Positions 48,995-58,987 of a DNA stretch of 64,000 bases are shown piece after piece. The DNA lies in NCBI GenBank assembly GCA_963802735.1, contig CAWDJY010000017.1:94521-158520 (forward strand), given 5' to 3'. The notes beneath the pieces are model-generated. The model saw nothing but the letters and a program-made list of their open reading frames with translations, made no database searches and was not told the origin of the DNA. Origin of the DNA: an uncultured Acidimicrobiaceae bacterium (GTDB lineage: Bacteria; Actinomycetota; Acidimicrobiia; Acidimicrobiales; RAAP-2). The position numbers and the translations under genes are program-made. Position 1 is the stretch's first letter. Each line of letters begins with the position of its first letter.

Positions 48995-50842
48995 GTGCAC
49001 TCTCTACTGACGAAGTCCTCGTTCGCGGTCGTTATGACCGCGGTCATACTTTCGGCCTCTGTGGTTGTCGCCGCAGCCGGCACTCCCCTCGCACCCACGG
49101 CGACCGGCTTCGACATCAGCTTTCCGCAGTGCACCGAGTCCTTGCCACCTTCACCGGGCTTTGGCATCGTGGGCGTCAACGCGGGTACGACCTTTAGCGC
49201 TAACACATGTCTCTCGCGAGAACTGGCCTGGGCCGAGGGCGCCGCGAACGCAACGCCCGCCTTCTACGCCAACACCGAGGATCCCGGTCCCGCGAACGCT
49301 TCGAACTGGCCAACGAGCCAGCAGTCCCCGCGCGTGTGCAGCGGCGCGAACTCGGTGGCCTGCTCGTACGACTACGGCTGGAACGCGGCGCGACTCGCCT
49401 TCGCCAACGCCGTCAACGCGGAGAAGGAGGACGGCAGGTCGTCACCAACGGCCTCGGCCGTTGCGGCGAAGTGGTGGCTCGACGTGGAAACAGGGAACAA
49501 GTGGGAGACCCTCGAATACGGACGACGTTCCGCGACGGGCTCGTACGACGAGGCGTCCATAGAAGGCATGATCGCCTCCTTCGAGAACATCGGCGTCGCG
49601 TCGGTCGGCATCTACTCAACTTCGCAACAATGGAAGGTCATCGCCGTTCGCACTGACGCGTCGTTTCCCTCGGTGCCGGTATGGCTCGCGGGTTTCGGCT
49701 CGCTGACGACAGCCGAGGTGGGCTGTGGCACGACGTCGTTCACCGGCGGACGCGTGGCCCTGATCCAGTACGGATCACTCGGGTACGACGGTGACTACGC
49801 CTGCGGACTCTTGAGCACGCCGGTGACGACGTCGGTCTCCGCGGTCGGATCGCCAGCGTTCACGGATCAGATCGTCTCCACGAACAGCGACGGAACGGTC
49901 ACGTACGTTCAGACCACTGGCAGCCCCGCGTTGCTGGTCAGCGGCAGTGGGCTCGTCACCACCAGTGGCGCGTTGGCCCCCGGTGCCTACGTCGCCACGG
50001 GCACGACCAGTGATCCGAACGGCGACACCGGTTCGTTCTCGCTAACGCTCGAAGTCGGCGAATTAATCCAGAGTCTGCCCACGACCGCCTCGGTCAAGGT
50101 GAGCGGATCACCGACCTTTCACGACCAGCTGGAGGTCACGGGCAGCGATGGCGCCGTCACGTACGTCCAGACGAGCGGCACGCCCGCCTTGATCGTGAGC
50201 ACGAGTGGACTCGTCACGACCGCGGGACCGCTAACGGTCGGCACGTACGTCGCGACGGGCACCACGATCGACGCGGCTGGCGACGCGGGGAGCTTCACGC
50301 TCACCCTAAAGGTCGGAGCGCTCGTTCAACGTCAGCCCACGTCGGCGACCGTACTCACCACGAGCTCATCGTCGTTCCGCACTCAACTCGCCATCGGCGC
50401 CAACCTGGGGGTGGTCACCTTCGTCCAAGAGCGTGGGGCACCCGCATTGACCGTGAGCACGAGTGGACTCGTCACGACCAGCGGATCATTGGCCGACGGC
50501 ACCTACCGCGCCACCGGCACGGTGAGCGACGCGACCGGCGACGTCGGAACGTTCACCTTCACGCTGAGCGTCAAGACCCCACTGGTGGTGCCAACGGCGA
50601 GGTCCGTGGTCGGGTACGCCGTCGCCGGCAAGACCAGGATTCTGACGGTCCACGGCACGGGCTTCTACGGCGATCCCCGCATTACGAGCCATTCGGGAAC
50701 GACCGCGCTCGTTACGCGGGACACGGGCCAAGTACTGGTCGTGCGCGTCGCCGTGCGCGCCGGCTCTCGGAACGGCGTGTTCACCTTCACCATCGTCCTG
50801 GCCGACGGTGAATCATGCCAGGTCCGCTACAACCAGCGTTAG
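48995..50842 (+). CDS. Secreted protein: glycoside-hydrolase-like N-domain (GH25/DUF1906-like, tentative) plus 3 Ig-like repeats
   Basis: Signal peptide, GFDISFPQC motif, then three ~86-aa repeats. Confidence 0.7.
   Translation: MHSLLTKSSFAVVMTAVILSASVVVAAAGTPLAPTATGFDISFPQCTESLPPSPGFGIVGVNAGTTFSANTCLSRELAWAEGAANATPAFYANTEDPGPANASNWPTSQQSPRVCSGANSVACSYDYGWNAARLAFANAVNAEKEDGRSSPTASAVAAKWWLDVETGNKWETLEYGRRSATGSYDEASIEGMIASFENIGVASVGIYSTSQQWKVIAVRTDASFPSVPVWLAGFGSLTTAEVGCGTTSFTGGRVALIQYGSLGYDGDYACGLLSTPVTTSVSAVGSPAFTDQIVSTNSDGTVTYVQTTGSPALLVSGSGLVTTSGALAPGAYVATGTTSDPNGDTGSFSLTLEVGELIQSLPTTASVKVSGSPTFHDQLEVTGSDGAVTYVQTSGTPALIVSTSGLVTTAGPLTVGTYVATGTTIDAAGDAGSFTLTLKVGALVQRQPTSATVLTTSSSSFRTQLAIGANLGVVTFVQERGAPALTVSTSGLVTTSGSLADGTYRATGTVSDATGDVGTFTFTLSVKTPLVVPTARSVVGYAVAGKTRILTVHGTGFYGDPRITSHSGTTALVTRDTGQVLVVRVAVRAGSRNGVFTFTIVLADGESCQVRYNQR
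49829..50584 (+). repeat. Three tandem ~258-nt coding repeats
   Basis: Repeat units contain ...DG.VTYVQT.G.PAL.VS.SGLVTT.G.L..G.Y.ATGT..D..GD.GSF.LTL.VG, three times. Confidence 0.8.
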
Positions 50843-50922
50843 ACGCCAGGAACCTCACCCAACGATGCTCGCCACGCTCTGGTGCTCGGTCCTGGGCCGG
50901 TCACGATAGGTGGGGTGGCTAT

Positions 50923-51117
50923 CTAGATGAACGCGAAGAACACGATGGTGAAGAGAACTGCAAAGACCAAAACTGCGAATATTGAAGTTCCGACGAGGCC
51001 GAAATGATGTCGCGAGCGTCGATGCCGGCGCACGGTCCACGCGGTTGCGACACCAGCGATCAGTGCGGAGACGGCCGCGGCCTGCCAGGAGTCGAAGTCG
51101 TTCAAGACCTTGAGCAT
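50923..51117 (-). CDS. Small 2-TM membrane protein (64 aa)
   Basis: Two hydrophobic helices separated by RRHRRSRHH. No family recognised. Confidence 0.3.
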   Translation of the reverse strand: MLKVLNDFDSWQAAAVSALIAGVATAWTVRRHRRSRHHFGLVGTSIFAVLVFAVLFTIVFFAFI

Positions 51118-51279
51118 CAGGCGAAGTCTCTGAATTTCGCACTCAGGTCACGCTGACTGGCCCGCACGTCACGAGCCTACGGCTGACATCCTCGCGTCAC
51201 GGATGAAGCGTGTGCATCGAGTGGACGCAAATCACGGAGAGCGCCTTTGTCACACCGAGCGATGGCAGGATGAACTGCT

Positions 51280-52515
51280 ATGACAGAACCGTCGAAGCCA
51301 CGAAGGACGTTCGAGGCACTACGTGTACGGGACTTCTCTCTCCTGTGGTCGGGTCAGACGGTTTCGTCGCTCGGCGATGGAGTGTTCACCATCGCACTGG
51401 CGCTCGTGGCGCTCCACATCGGACACGGTCCGATCGATCTCGCCTACGTGCTCGCCGCGCGCGCGGTGCCATCCGTCGTCTTCGCGCTGTTAGGCGGCGT
51501 CATCGTCGACCGCGTCCCGCGTCGGCTGGCGATGCTTGCCTCCGACACGGTTCGCGGGCTCGCCGTGGGCGTCGTGGCAGTTCTCCTCGCTCGGCACGAC
51601 CTGGGACTCGGAGATTTGATCGCGATGTCAGCGATATTCGGGACCGCGGACGCGTTCTTTGGTCCCGCGTCGATGGCGATCGTGCCCGAGCTACTCGATG
51701 ACCATCTGCTCGTTCAAGGAAATGCCCTCGGTGCCATGAGCGGCCAACTCTCCCAGGGCCTCCTCGGCCCGGCGCTCGGCGGGCTCGTCGTGTCGGCCAT
51801 CGGTTACTCGTGGTCCTTCGCGATCGACGCCCTCAGCTTCGCAGTTTCAGCCTTGTGCTTACTGGCGATGAGGATTCGAACGCCGCGAGCCGATCACCAC
51901 GGCTCGGCCTACGCCGAGGCCAAGGAGGGAATCGCCTACGTGCGCAGTCAGCGATGGCTGGTCGCCTCCCTGTTGGGCGCGGCGCTCGCGAACTTCATCG
52001 GCATGACGCCACTCACCGTCCTGCTGCCCCTCCTGGTGAGGAATGTGCTACACGGCAGCGCCCTGTCGCTGGGACTGGTGTACGCGGCGGGCGGTGCCGC
52101 GGGAGTCCTGGCGTCCCTCGTCGTCGCCCGCCTCGGCTCGCCTCGTCTCCGCGTGACGGTCCTATGGAGCGCGTACGCGCTGGGAGGTGTCGCGGCCGCA
52201 ACGATGGCGTTTGCGCCCAGTCCGTGGGTCGCGGCATTGTGCAGCGCGGTCGAGGTCGGATTCATTATCTACGGCGACGTCCTGTGGGTCGCCATGATGC
52301 AAGAAATCGTGCCGCGTGAGGTCCTCGGCCGGGTCTCCTCACTCGTCTACCTACTGGCGTTCTCCCTCGGACCCCTCGGCATTCTCCTCGGTGGTGTCGC
52401 GGCTGACGCGATCGGCATCCGCGTCACGTTGCTGCTGAGCGGCCTCGTCTCCGGCCTCATCTGCGTGGTCGTCCTCTTCACACCCGGCGTGAGGGACGTG
52501 GAGCGTTCAGTCTGA
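51280..52515 (+). CDS. MFS transporter
   Basis: 12-TM profile with a GGVIVDRVPRR loop motif. Confidence 0.85.
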   Translation: MTEPSKPRRTFEALRVRDFSLLWSGQTVSSLGDGVFTIALALVALHIGHGPIDLAYVLAARAVPSVVFALLGGVIVDRVPRRLAMLASDTVRGLAVGVVAVLLARHDLGLGDLIAMSAIFGTADAFFGPASMAIVPELLDDHLLVQGNALGAMSGQLSQGLLGPALGGLVVSAIGYSWSFAIDALSFAVSALCLLAMRIRTPRADHHGSAYAEAKEGIAYVRSQRWLVASLLGAALANFIGMTPLTVLLPLLVRNVLHGSALSLGLVYAAGGAAGVLASLVVARLGSPRLRVTVLWSAYALGGVAAATMAFAPSPWVAALCSAVEVGFIIYGDVLWVAMMQEIVPREVLGRVSSLVYLLAFSLGPLGILLGGVAADAIGIRVTLLLSGLVSGLICVVVLFTPGVRDVERSV

Positions 52516-52560
52516 GCCTCATCTCGTCGCAGCGATGTTCAAAGCGCGCGCGGCGACGGC

Positions 52561-53217
52561 TCAAAACCACTCGAGGGATTTCAACGGCCAAATCCGCACG
52601 AACACCTTGCCGATGAGATCAGATTTCGGTACGGTCCCCCATGTTCGACTGTCGCACGAGTCGTCGTGATTGTCCCCCATCATGAAATACTGGCCAGCGG
52701 GCACGGTCGTCGGTTTGATCGGCTCGCCCAGCGTGGGGACGATGGTCCACTTTTGATCCAGCGCCTTGCCGTTGACGTAGATCGTGTTGCCCTTGGAGTA
52801 AAGGCGATCGCCGGGCAGCCCGATTACTCGTTTCACCAGATCGGTGACCGGGTCCTGGCAGAGTCTCGAGACGTCAGAGGGAGCCTTGAATACGACGATG
52901 TCGCCGATATTGATCGTGCCGAACTCCACGCTGAGTTTGTTGACCACGATTCGATCCCCCTTCCAGAGCGTGGGGTTCATGGATCCGGAAGGTATGAAGA
53001 ATGTTTGAAAGACGTAGGTGCGAACGAGCAACGACGCCGCGACCGCGACGACCAGGATGATCGTCCACTCAATGACGACCCGTCGCCGCCGATTGAACCG
53101 AGTCGAACTCGGGGCATTGCCCGCCGCCTCGACGTCGGTGGCGAGTTCACTAGAGGTCACCGAGCGTCTCCGTTCGCAGTCGAACCAGTTCTGGTGACGG
53201 ACACCAAATCGGCTCAT
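52561..53217 (-). CDS. lepB: Signal peptidase I (second paralog)
   Basis: IPSGSMNPTL, VKRVIG, GDNHDDSCDSR. Start trimmed to ATG 53217. Confidence 0.85.
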   Translation of the reverse strand: MSRFGVRHQNWFDCERRRSVTSSELATDVEAAGNAPSSTRFNRRRRVVIEWTIILVVAVAASLLVRTYVFQTFFIPSGSMNPTLWKGDRIVVNKLSVEFGTINIGDIVVFKAPSDVSRLCQDPVTDLVKRVIGLPGDRLYSKGNTIYVNGKALDQKWTIVPTLGEPIKPTTVPAGQYFMMGDNHDDSCDSRTWGTVPKSDLIGKVFVRIWPLKSLEWF

Positions 53218-53369
53218 CCCAGCGTAACGGCCAGCTTGATTAAGGGACGCTAAGAATTCGGATCCGGTCGCGCGTCTCCAACGCACTGCCAACTCTCGCC
53301 ACGGACTCACACGCTGGTGTGCAGCAGTGTCCGCGAAGCGACGAGTGACGTCCGTGACATGATGAACGG

Positions 53370-53639
53370 ATGGGATCGCGTCAACCGAATCGTGCGCAAC
53401 GCGTGGTGGTCGTGGTCGCACTGGCCGCGGCGCTCGGCGCTTCGGGTCAGTGGCTGACGTCGCTTGGTTCTCGACCCGACTTCGGATGGGTCGCCTACGC
53501 ACCGCTCAGCAATCGGATCACGCCGGACGGTCTTCATCCGTGGGTGCAACTTTTGATCTGGCTGGCTCTTATCATCGTGTGGGCGTTCGTCGGCGTCGCA
53601 CTTCTGAGGACCGACATCCCACGAGGTGGGCCAGAGTAG
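53370..53639 (+). CDS. Small membrane protein (89 aa)
   Basis: Two predicted TM helices. No family recognised. Confidence 0.35.
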   Translation: MGSRQPNRAQRVVVVVALAAALGASGQWLTSLGSRPDFGWVAYAPLSNRITPDGLHPWVQLLIWLALIIVWAFVGVALLRTDIPRGGPE

Positions 53640-53678
53640 TTGGCACCGTCCGCCTGGCTGCAACGTCCGCCGGACGCT

Positions 53679-54410
53679 TCAGACCTTGGCCAGGATGGCG
53701 ACGTACGGCTCGCCTAACTGCGTTCCCAACGAACGTTCCATCCGCCAACCCGTGCCGACCAGGATCGCTTGCATTTCCTTTCGCGACGCATAGATCCACT
53801 GGAACCACGGTCCGACCCATTGCTCGTAGCGGTAGCGCAACGTGACCTGACCGGGACTCACACCACGGGCCCTGTTGCGACGGTAATAGGTTCGATCGAA
53901 CGCGGGGGCGCCGCCGAAGTACGCGCTCGTACTCTCGACATAGATCCGAGCGCCGGGCTTGGTCGACGTCGCCAATCGGGTCAGAACACGTCGAGCCCGC
54001 TCTGGCGTTGCGAAGATTCCAAAGTTGTTGCCGAACAAGACGATGGAGTCAAAGGACTCGATCCTCTCACCCAACTGGTCGATCGACGACGTCCACACCG
54101 TGTTCACGCCTCGAATCTTGGCCGCCTTCGACGCACGCGGTGAGGCGTCGAGGCCGACGACATCGATGTTCCGATTCTGCAGTTCAAGCGCCACACGGCC
54201 CGCGCCGCACCCAACGTCCAGTACGCGACCGCGCATGTAGCGAATCGACTGACGCTCCGCGGCCGGCCAATCCTTGAAGGTGGAGAGGTACACGTCCGGT
54301 CCCGCGCCCGATTGGGTGAATCCGTCTTCGCGTTCCAGGATCTCGGGCGCCGTAGCACCCGTCGTCCAATCGAGCAAGGCGCGCCCAAATACGTCGCTGT
54401 CCCGTGTCAC
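53679..54410 (-). CDS. Class I SAM-dependent methyltransferase
   Basis: VLDVGCGAGRVALEL motif I. Confidence 0.8.
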   Translation of the reverse strand: MTRDSDVFGRALLDWTTGATAPEILEREDGFTQSGAGPDVYLSTFKDWPAAERQSIRYMRGRVLDVGCGAGRVALELQNRNIDVVGLDASPRASKAAKIRGVNTVWTSSIDQLGERIESFDSIVLFGNNFGIFATPERARRVLTRLATSTKPGARIYVESTSAYFGGAPAFDRTYYRRNRARGVSPGQVTLRYRYEQWVGPWFQWIYASRKEMQAILVGTGWRMERSLGTQLGEPYVAILAKV

Positions 54411-54599
54411 GACGCGCCAACTGTATCGGTGTGACGGCGACCGTGCGAATCATGAATCACGTCTCCGACGCTAATCAAAGCCGACGCCACTGCTGCGCGC
54501 GGCGTGACGATGACCGTCGGACCGCGCCTCCACCTTCAACATCGATCTCCCCTTGTGGGAGCGTTTGACTACGCCGCGTTGGCGGCCGATAATTGCGAC

Positions 54600-54953
54600 A
54601 TGTCGAGTGCAGAGATCACGTCCTATCTGGACCAGCTCGACGAACCCAAGCGCACGACGCTGCAAGCGCTCCGAGAGACGATCCTCGAAATCATCCCCGA
54701 CGCTGAGCAGGGCATTGCCTACCAGGTTCCGGCCTTTCGTCTGGAGGGAAAGGTCGTCGCTGGCTTCGCCGCGTTCAAGAACCACTTGAGCTACTTGCCC
54801 CACAGCGGTTCGGTATTCCCGGAACTGACAGCGGAACTCGCCGACTACACCTTCTCGACCGGCGCGCTTCGCTTCGCCATCGATCAGCCGCTCCCCAAAC
54901 GACTCGTCGAGCGTTTGATCTCGGTGCGGGTCGGACAAGCGTTCCGCGAGTAG
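54600..54953 (+). CDS. DUF1801 (YdhG-like) protein
   Basis: EITSYLDQLDEPKRTTLQALRETI... and AFKNHLSYLP pattern. Start set at ATG 54600. Confidence 0.65.
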   Translation: MSSAEITSYLDQLDEPKRTTLQALRETILEIIPDAEQGIAYQVPAFRLEGKVVAGFAAFKNHLSYLPHSGSVFPELTAELADYTFSTGALRFAIDQPLPKRLVERLISVRVGQAFRE

Positions 54954-55102
54954 CCCCGCGCGGTGGTCTCGCCCGACTCCCCGAACGCTTGGCGGACGCA
55001 CTCGCAAGCGACGTCGCCAACGGGAGCGCCCGACTTCGAATAGCGTCTTTCTCGGAGAGCCGGGAAGCCTGGTCGGCGAAGTGTCTATTCGAGGAGGAAT
55101 CC

Positions 55103-56098
55103 GTGGCTCTCGCCTTCACCGCCTTCGTGGTCGGCGCAGTGATCAGCCTCGCCACGAGTTGGCTGCTCGTGACTCGCCTCGAACGTGTCGGCGAACGATT
55201 CGGCTTGTCCGAAGCGCTGTTGGGCGTGCTCGCGGCACTGGCCGCCGATACACCCGAGATCACTTCGGCGATCTCCGCGATTACCCAACACCAACGTGCC
55301 ATCGGCGCCGGCGTCGTCATCGGATCGAACGTCTTCAACCTGGCGGCGCTCCTTGGGCTCGGAGCGGTCGTCTCGGGTTTCATCGCGTTTCATCGGAGGG
55401 TGGTAATTCTCGGTGGTGTCGTGGCGTTGTGGGTCGCGAGTTGGTGTGTCGTTGCGTCGGTCGGACTCGTTTCGGACGAACTCACTCTGTCGTTCGCCGC
55501 GTTCGTCCTGGTGGGCTACTTCATTCTCCTGGGACTGAAGCGCGGAGCGCTCTTCCGTCTTCACCTGCCACGAGGCGTCATCACTTGGTTGGCCCTCGCC
55601 GTCGACGAAGAAGAGATCGAGCTAGAGGCGTCAATACGACCCCCTCGTGGTCGCCCACTCGACGCGTTCGTGGCACTCGGCGCTCTGGTCATCGTCGTCC
55701 TGTCGAGCATCGCCATGGAGCGTGGTGCGTCGAACGTGGGTCGTCACTTTCACCTCGCTGACGTGATCGTCGGCGGCATCGTCCTGGCGGCAGTTACGAG
55801 TCTCCCCAACGCGGTCGCGGCGGTGCACTTGGCGTCGAAAGGACGCGGCGCGGCCGCACTCAGTACGGCGCTCACCAGCAATAACTTGAACGTCGTTGCC
55901 GGGCTCCTAATCCCGGGGGCGATCGTTGGTCTGTCCGCGCCGTCATTCGCCGGCAACTTCACCGCCATCAGCTACTTCGTCCTGACCGCCGTGGTCCTCA
56001 CTCTCGCCTACGCCTATCGTGGCCTGAGCCGTCGGTCCGGTTGGCTCATCATCACCGCCTACGGGCTGTTCGTCGTCTGGCTTCTGGCCGTCTCGTGA
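55103..56098 (+). CDS. Ca2+/cation antiporter (CaCA, YrbG-like)
   Basis: SD GAGGAGGA followed by GTG. Alpha-repeat motifs GLSEALLGVLAALAADTPE and GIVLAAVTSLPN. Confidence 0.8.
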   Translation: MALAFTAFVVGAVISLATSWLLVTRLERVGERFGLSEALLGVLAALAADTPEITSAISAITQHQRAIGAGVVIGSNVFNLAALLGLGAVVSGFIAFHRRVVILGGVVALWVASWCVVASVGLVSDELTLSFAAFVLVGYFILLGLKRGALFRLHLPRGVITWLALAVDEEEIELEASIRPPRGRPLDAFVALGALVIVVLSSIAMERGASNVGRHFHLADVIVGGIVLAAVTSLPNAVAAVHLASKGRGAAALSTALTSNNLNVVAGLLIPGAIVGLSAPSFAGNFTAISYFVLTAVVLTLAYAYRGLSRRSGWLIITAYGLFVVWLLAVS

Positions 56099-56111
56099 GA
56101 CGGGAGTCCAT

Positions 56112-56660
56112 CTACTGAACGTGCGAACGTCGGAGTCGCTTTCGTCGTCGCACGACGTGGACGATGACGTAGAGAACGAGAACGATGGCGGCGAGTTTGT
56201 GCCACTGCGAGAGACCGGGCGGCAACCCGAGTGCTGACGCGAACGGAAGCTGCGTCGCCTGGTGACTGAGGGCGTCGACGATGCCGGACACGAGCACGTC
56301 CAGCACGAGGAGCTCGAGCACCGCGTCGGAGATCGCCAAACGCTTCGGTGCGCCGGAGCTGGAACGTCCGCGAAACAGTCGACGAAGGAGCGACGTGATC
56401 GTTCGACGCCGTTGGTAGAGATGAAACACCATCATGACCACGAACCACACGCCGAATATCACGTGGATCGTGATGCTGTGACTCAAGTAGATCAACGAGA
56501 GCAGCGACCCGGCCAGTGAGACAAGGAGGGCCAAGTGGACGTACCATCGTCGTCGTTCCCCGCCCGCGAGAGAGTGACTCCTGGAAGGTGAGATGATCAC
56601 GCTCCTCGCCGTGGACCTTCGCCGATCGTAACTTTCAGCCCCGGTTGACTGCCGCATCAA
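56112..56660 (-). CDS. Membrane protein (4 TM, DUF4405-like, tentative)
   Basis: Hydrophobic profile with His residues in the TM helices. Start uncertain. Confidence 0.45.
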   Translation of the reverse strand: MMRQSTGAESYDRRRSTARSVIISPSRSHSLAGGERRRWYVHLALLVSLAGSLLSLIYLSHSITIHVIFGVWFVVMMVFHLYQRRRTITSLLRRLFRGRSSSGAPKRLAISDAVLELLVLDVLVSGIVDALSHQATQLPFASALGLPPGLSQWHKLAAIVLVLYVIVHVVRRRKRLRRSHVQ

Positions 56661-56754
56661 CCCCTAAGGGAAAACCCCGAGTGCAACACTGCGAGCGCGT
56701 CCCTCGTCACCGCGCGTCAACAACGGTTCGCAACCAAACGTGCGGTGCTGGGAA

Positions 56755-57213
56755 TTACACGATTTCGAGATCGACCGGCAGAAATTCGAATGCTCCGCTG
56801 TGTACGTAGACGAGACGGCACTCTTCCAGGTACTTCGCGTCATGTATACGATCGGCGCTGGTGTAGCCGACGTCACCCTTGTTCAGGATGATCGGTTCGC
56901 CGTCGGTGACCAAGTGGTCCCCCTCACGTCGATACCGCTGCGTCGACATCTTGCCCTCGACGACGATCGTCATGTCATCCCCCGGGTGCGAGTGGGGATG
57001 CTCCTCGGTGCCGGCATCCCAATGCTCCAACATCACCTCGACGCCGTTTGGGTTCGTAGGGTACGTGGTGCGAAGACTGAAACCGGGCGACCCGGCATCG
57101 GGAACCAAGTGACTCCAGATGTCACTGGCGTCAGTCACGCTCTCTCGCTTCGTGTCGTCGACCGTCATCACGCCTCCCGTCTGGACGATCGACCGTCGCG
57201 CGTCATCGTCCAT
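56755..57213 (-). CDS. Cupin-domain protein
   Basis: HPHSHPGDDMTIVVEGK cupin motif 1. Confidence 0.7.
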   Translation of the reverse strand: MDDDARRSIVQTGGVMTVDDTKRESVTDASDIWSHLVPDAGSPGFSLRTTYPTNPNGVEVMLEHWDAGTEEHPHSHPGDDMTIVVEGKMSTQRYRREGDHLVTDGEPIILNKGDVGYTSADRIHDAKYLEECRLVYVHSGAFEFLPVDLEIV

Positions 57214-57420
57214 CGCCTCGAGCCGATACTAGAGGTCGACCCGGGCTTCGAGATTCCCTTCGGCCGAACCACTCCGTTTGCTACGCCACGGTTGAGCGGT
57301 GAGACCCGTCCACAAGGGTGTCGATTCGTCCAGCGATTGGCCCCTACCAGCACGAAAGCCAGGCTGACAGGGTCGGCGCGCTGAACCCCGGCCGACGACG
57401 ACGGCGCGACGTCGCGCAGC

Positions 57421-58458
57421 TTAGGTGACGAGGAGACCGCCCACCAACGTCGCGACCGTCACGATGACGCCCACCTTCGTGAACGTCCACGCCGCCGGCG
57501 TCGCCCCTTCGCGTCGCGATACCTTGAGCCACAGGATCGAGGACAGCGCTCCCACGACGCTCAGGTTGGGACCGAGGTTCAATCCGAGGAGCAAGCTGTA
57601 CGGGTGCGCTGGGAACGTCGCTGACAACATCGCCGCCGCCGGCAGATTGTTGATCAGATTTGACGAGGCCGCCGCGACGCCAGCCGTCTGCCACGTTCCG
57701 GCACCCCCGATCAGGTGCCCCGCGAGATGCCAGTACCGCGACGCGACCGAGACGGCGGTGGCCAGGACGAAGAGTCCGACGACCATCGGCAGATTGGCGC
57801 TTCGGATGAGCGCCGGCGCCGCGAAACGGTGTCTGATCACTACGTCGACTGTGGCGACCACCAACGCCACGATCAACACCGGAATCGCCGGTCGGCTCAC
57901 CGCGAGCATCACGACGATCGCCGCGACGACGCCGACGACGCCCGGACCCAAAGAGAATCTCGGCACGTGTTCTGGCTCGACGCGCGGCGTCGACGAGAGG
58001 TCGCGCCAGCGCCAGACCATCACCACGACCGTTGTGAGCGCGATCGACACTAACCACGGTAGGAACATCGTTCGCGCAAACGCCGCACCGCGTACGTCGG
58101 ATCGTGCGAAGACCAGGATGTTCGTGAGATTCGAGCCGAGCAGTAGGAGCGACGCCGCGTTGGCCATGAAGATCGATCCGTAGAGGAACGCCTCCTCTTT
58201 CACCGAACGGTGACGAGCGGTGTGCAACAGCACGGGCGTGAGAAAGACCACGGACGTGTCGAGGTTCAGGGTCGCCGTGACCACCGCCACGAGGAGCATC
58301 ATCGAAACGAAGAGGACGACGGTGCCGCCGCGCAGGCGCGAGAGCCTCGCGCCCGCGACCACGAACAGGCCGTCGCTCGACGCGACGTGGCCGATCAGTA
58401 ACAGGCCGATTACCAGGACGAACGGCTCCCACGTCTGCTGCGTCGCCGCCCAGAGCAT
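57421..58458 (-). CDS. ArsB/NhaD-superfamily permease
   Basis: Polytopic membrane protein resembling the arsenical pump / citrate transporter-like family. Confidence 0.75.
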   Translation of the reverse strand: MLWAATQQTWEPFVLVIGLLLIGHVASSDGLFVVAGARLSRLRGGTVVLFVSMMLLVAVVTATLNLDTSVVFLTPVLLHTARHRSVKEEAFLYGSIFMANAASLLLLGSNLTNILVFARSDVRGAAFARTMFLPWLVSIALTTVVVMVWRWRDLSSTPRVEPEHVPRFSLGPGVVGVVAAIVVMLAVSRPAIPVLIVALVVATVDVVIRHRFAAPALIRSANLPMVVGLFVLATAVSVASRYWHLAGHLIGGAGTWQTAGVAAASSNLINNLPAAAMLSATFPAHPYSLLLGLNLGPNLSVVGALSSILWLKVSRREGATPAAWTFTKVGVIVTVATLVGGLLVT

Positions 58459-58558
58459 GGTCAGTCCGAACCGTGGAAGGGCATCCGTCCACCTTACGAG
58501 GACCGCGGAGGTTCACTCCACCGGCGCCGCGTCGCCGACGATTCCAGGCGGGTCCTCG

Positions 58559-58969
58559 GTGTACGGACGAATTACGCTGGACGGACCAGGTCCGTTGAGT
58601 GGACCGTCTGAGATCGATCGGGAATGGAGCGGCGTGGACAACGAACGAGCCCGACTCTTACTGAACGCCGAACGTACGCGCGTCGAGCACCTTCTCGACG
58701 CCGTCAAGGGCGACAGCGAATCGGACCGATCGGCCGCGAACCAGCACGGCGACATGAGTGATTCGTCCGAGCTCTTGGTCTCCGAAGGTACCGACGACGC
58801 GGTCGCCAAGGCCCTCACGAAGCGACTGGCGGCGATTGGCCGGGCCGAACAGCGACTCGCGGCCGGCACCTACGGTCGCTCCATCGCTAGCGGCGAGCTC
58901 ATCCCCGACGAGCGCCTCGAAGCCGACCCCGCCGCGGAGCTGACGGTCGAGGAGGCTCAGCAGCTCTAG
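58559..58969 (+). CDS. DksA/TraR-like protein lacking zinc-finger cysteines
   Basis: Coiled-coil region, then LAAGTYGRSIASGELIPDERLEADP where C4 fingers normally sit. The GTG start is uncertain. Confidence 0.5.
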   Translation: MYGRITLDGPGPLSGPSEIDREWSGVDNERARLLLNAERTRVEHLLDAVKGDSESDRSAANQHGDMSDSSELLVSEGTDDAVAKALTKRLAAIGRAEQRLAAGTYGRSIASGELIPDERLEADPAAELTVEEAQQL

Positions 58970-58987
58970 TCGACGTCGGCCCCGCCG

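Noticed and set aside
55041-55075. TCGGAGA...GTCGG at 55041 and a similar TCGGAGATCG...TTCGG at 56324
   Set aside because: Arm spacing is 11-13 nt instead of 8, and the flanks do not match. These are treated as chance matches outside the island.
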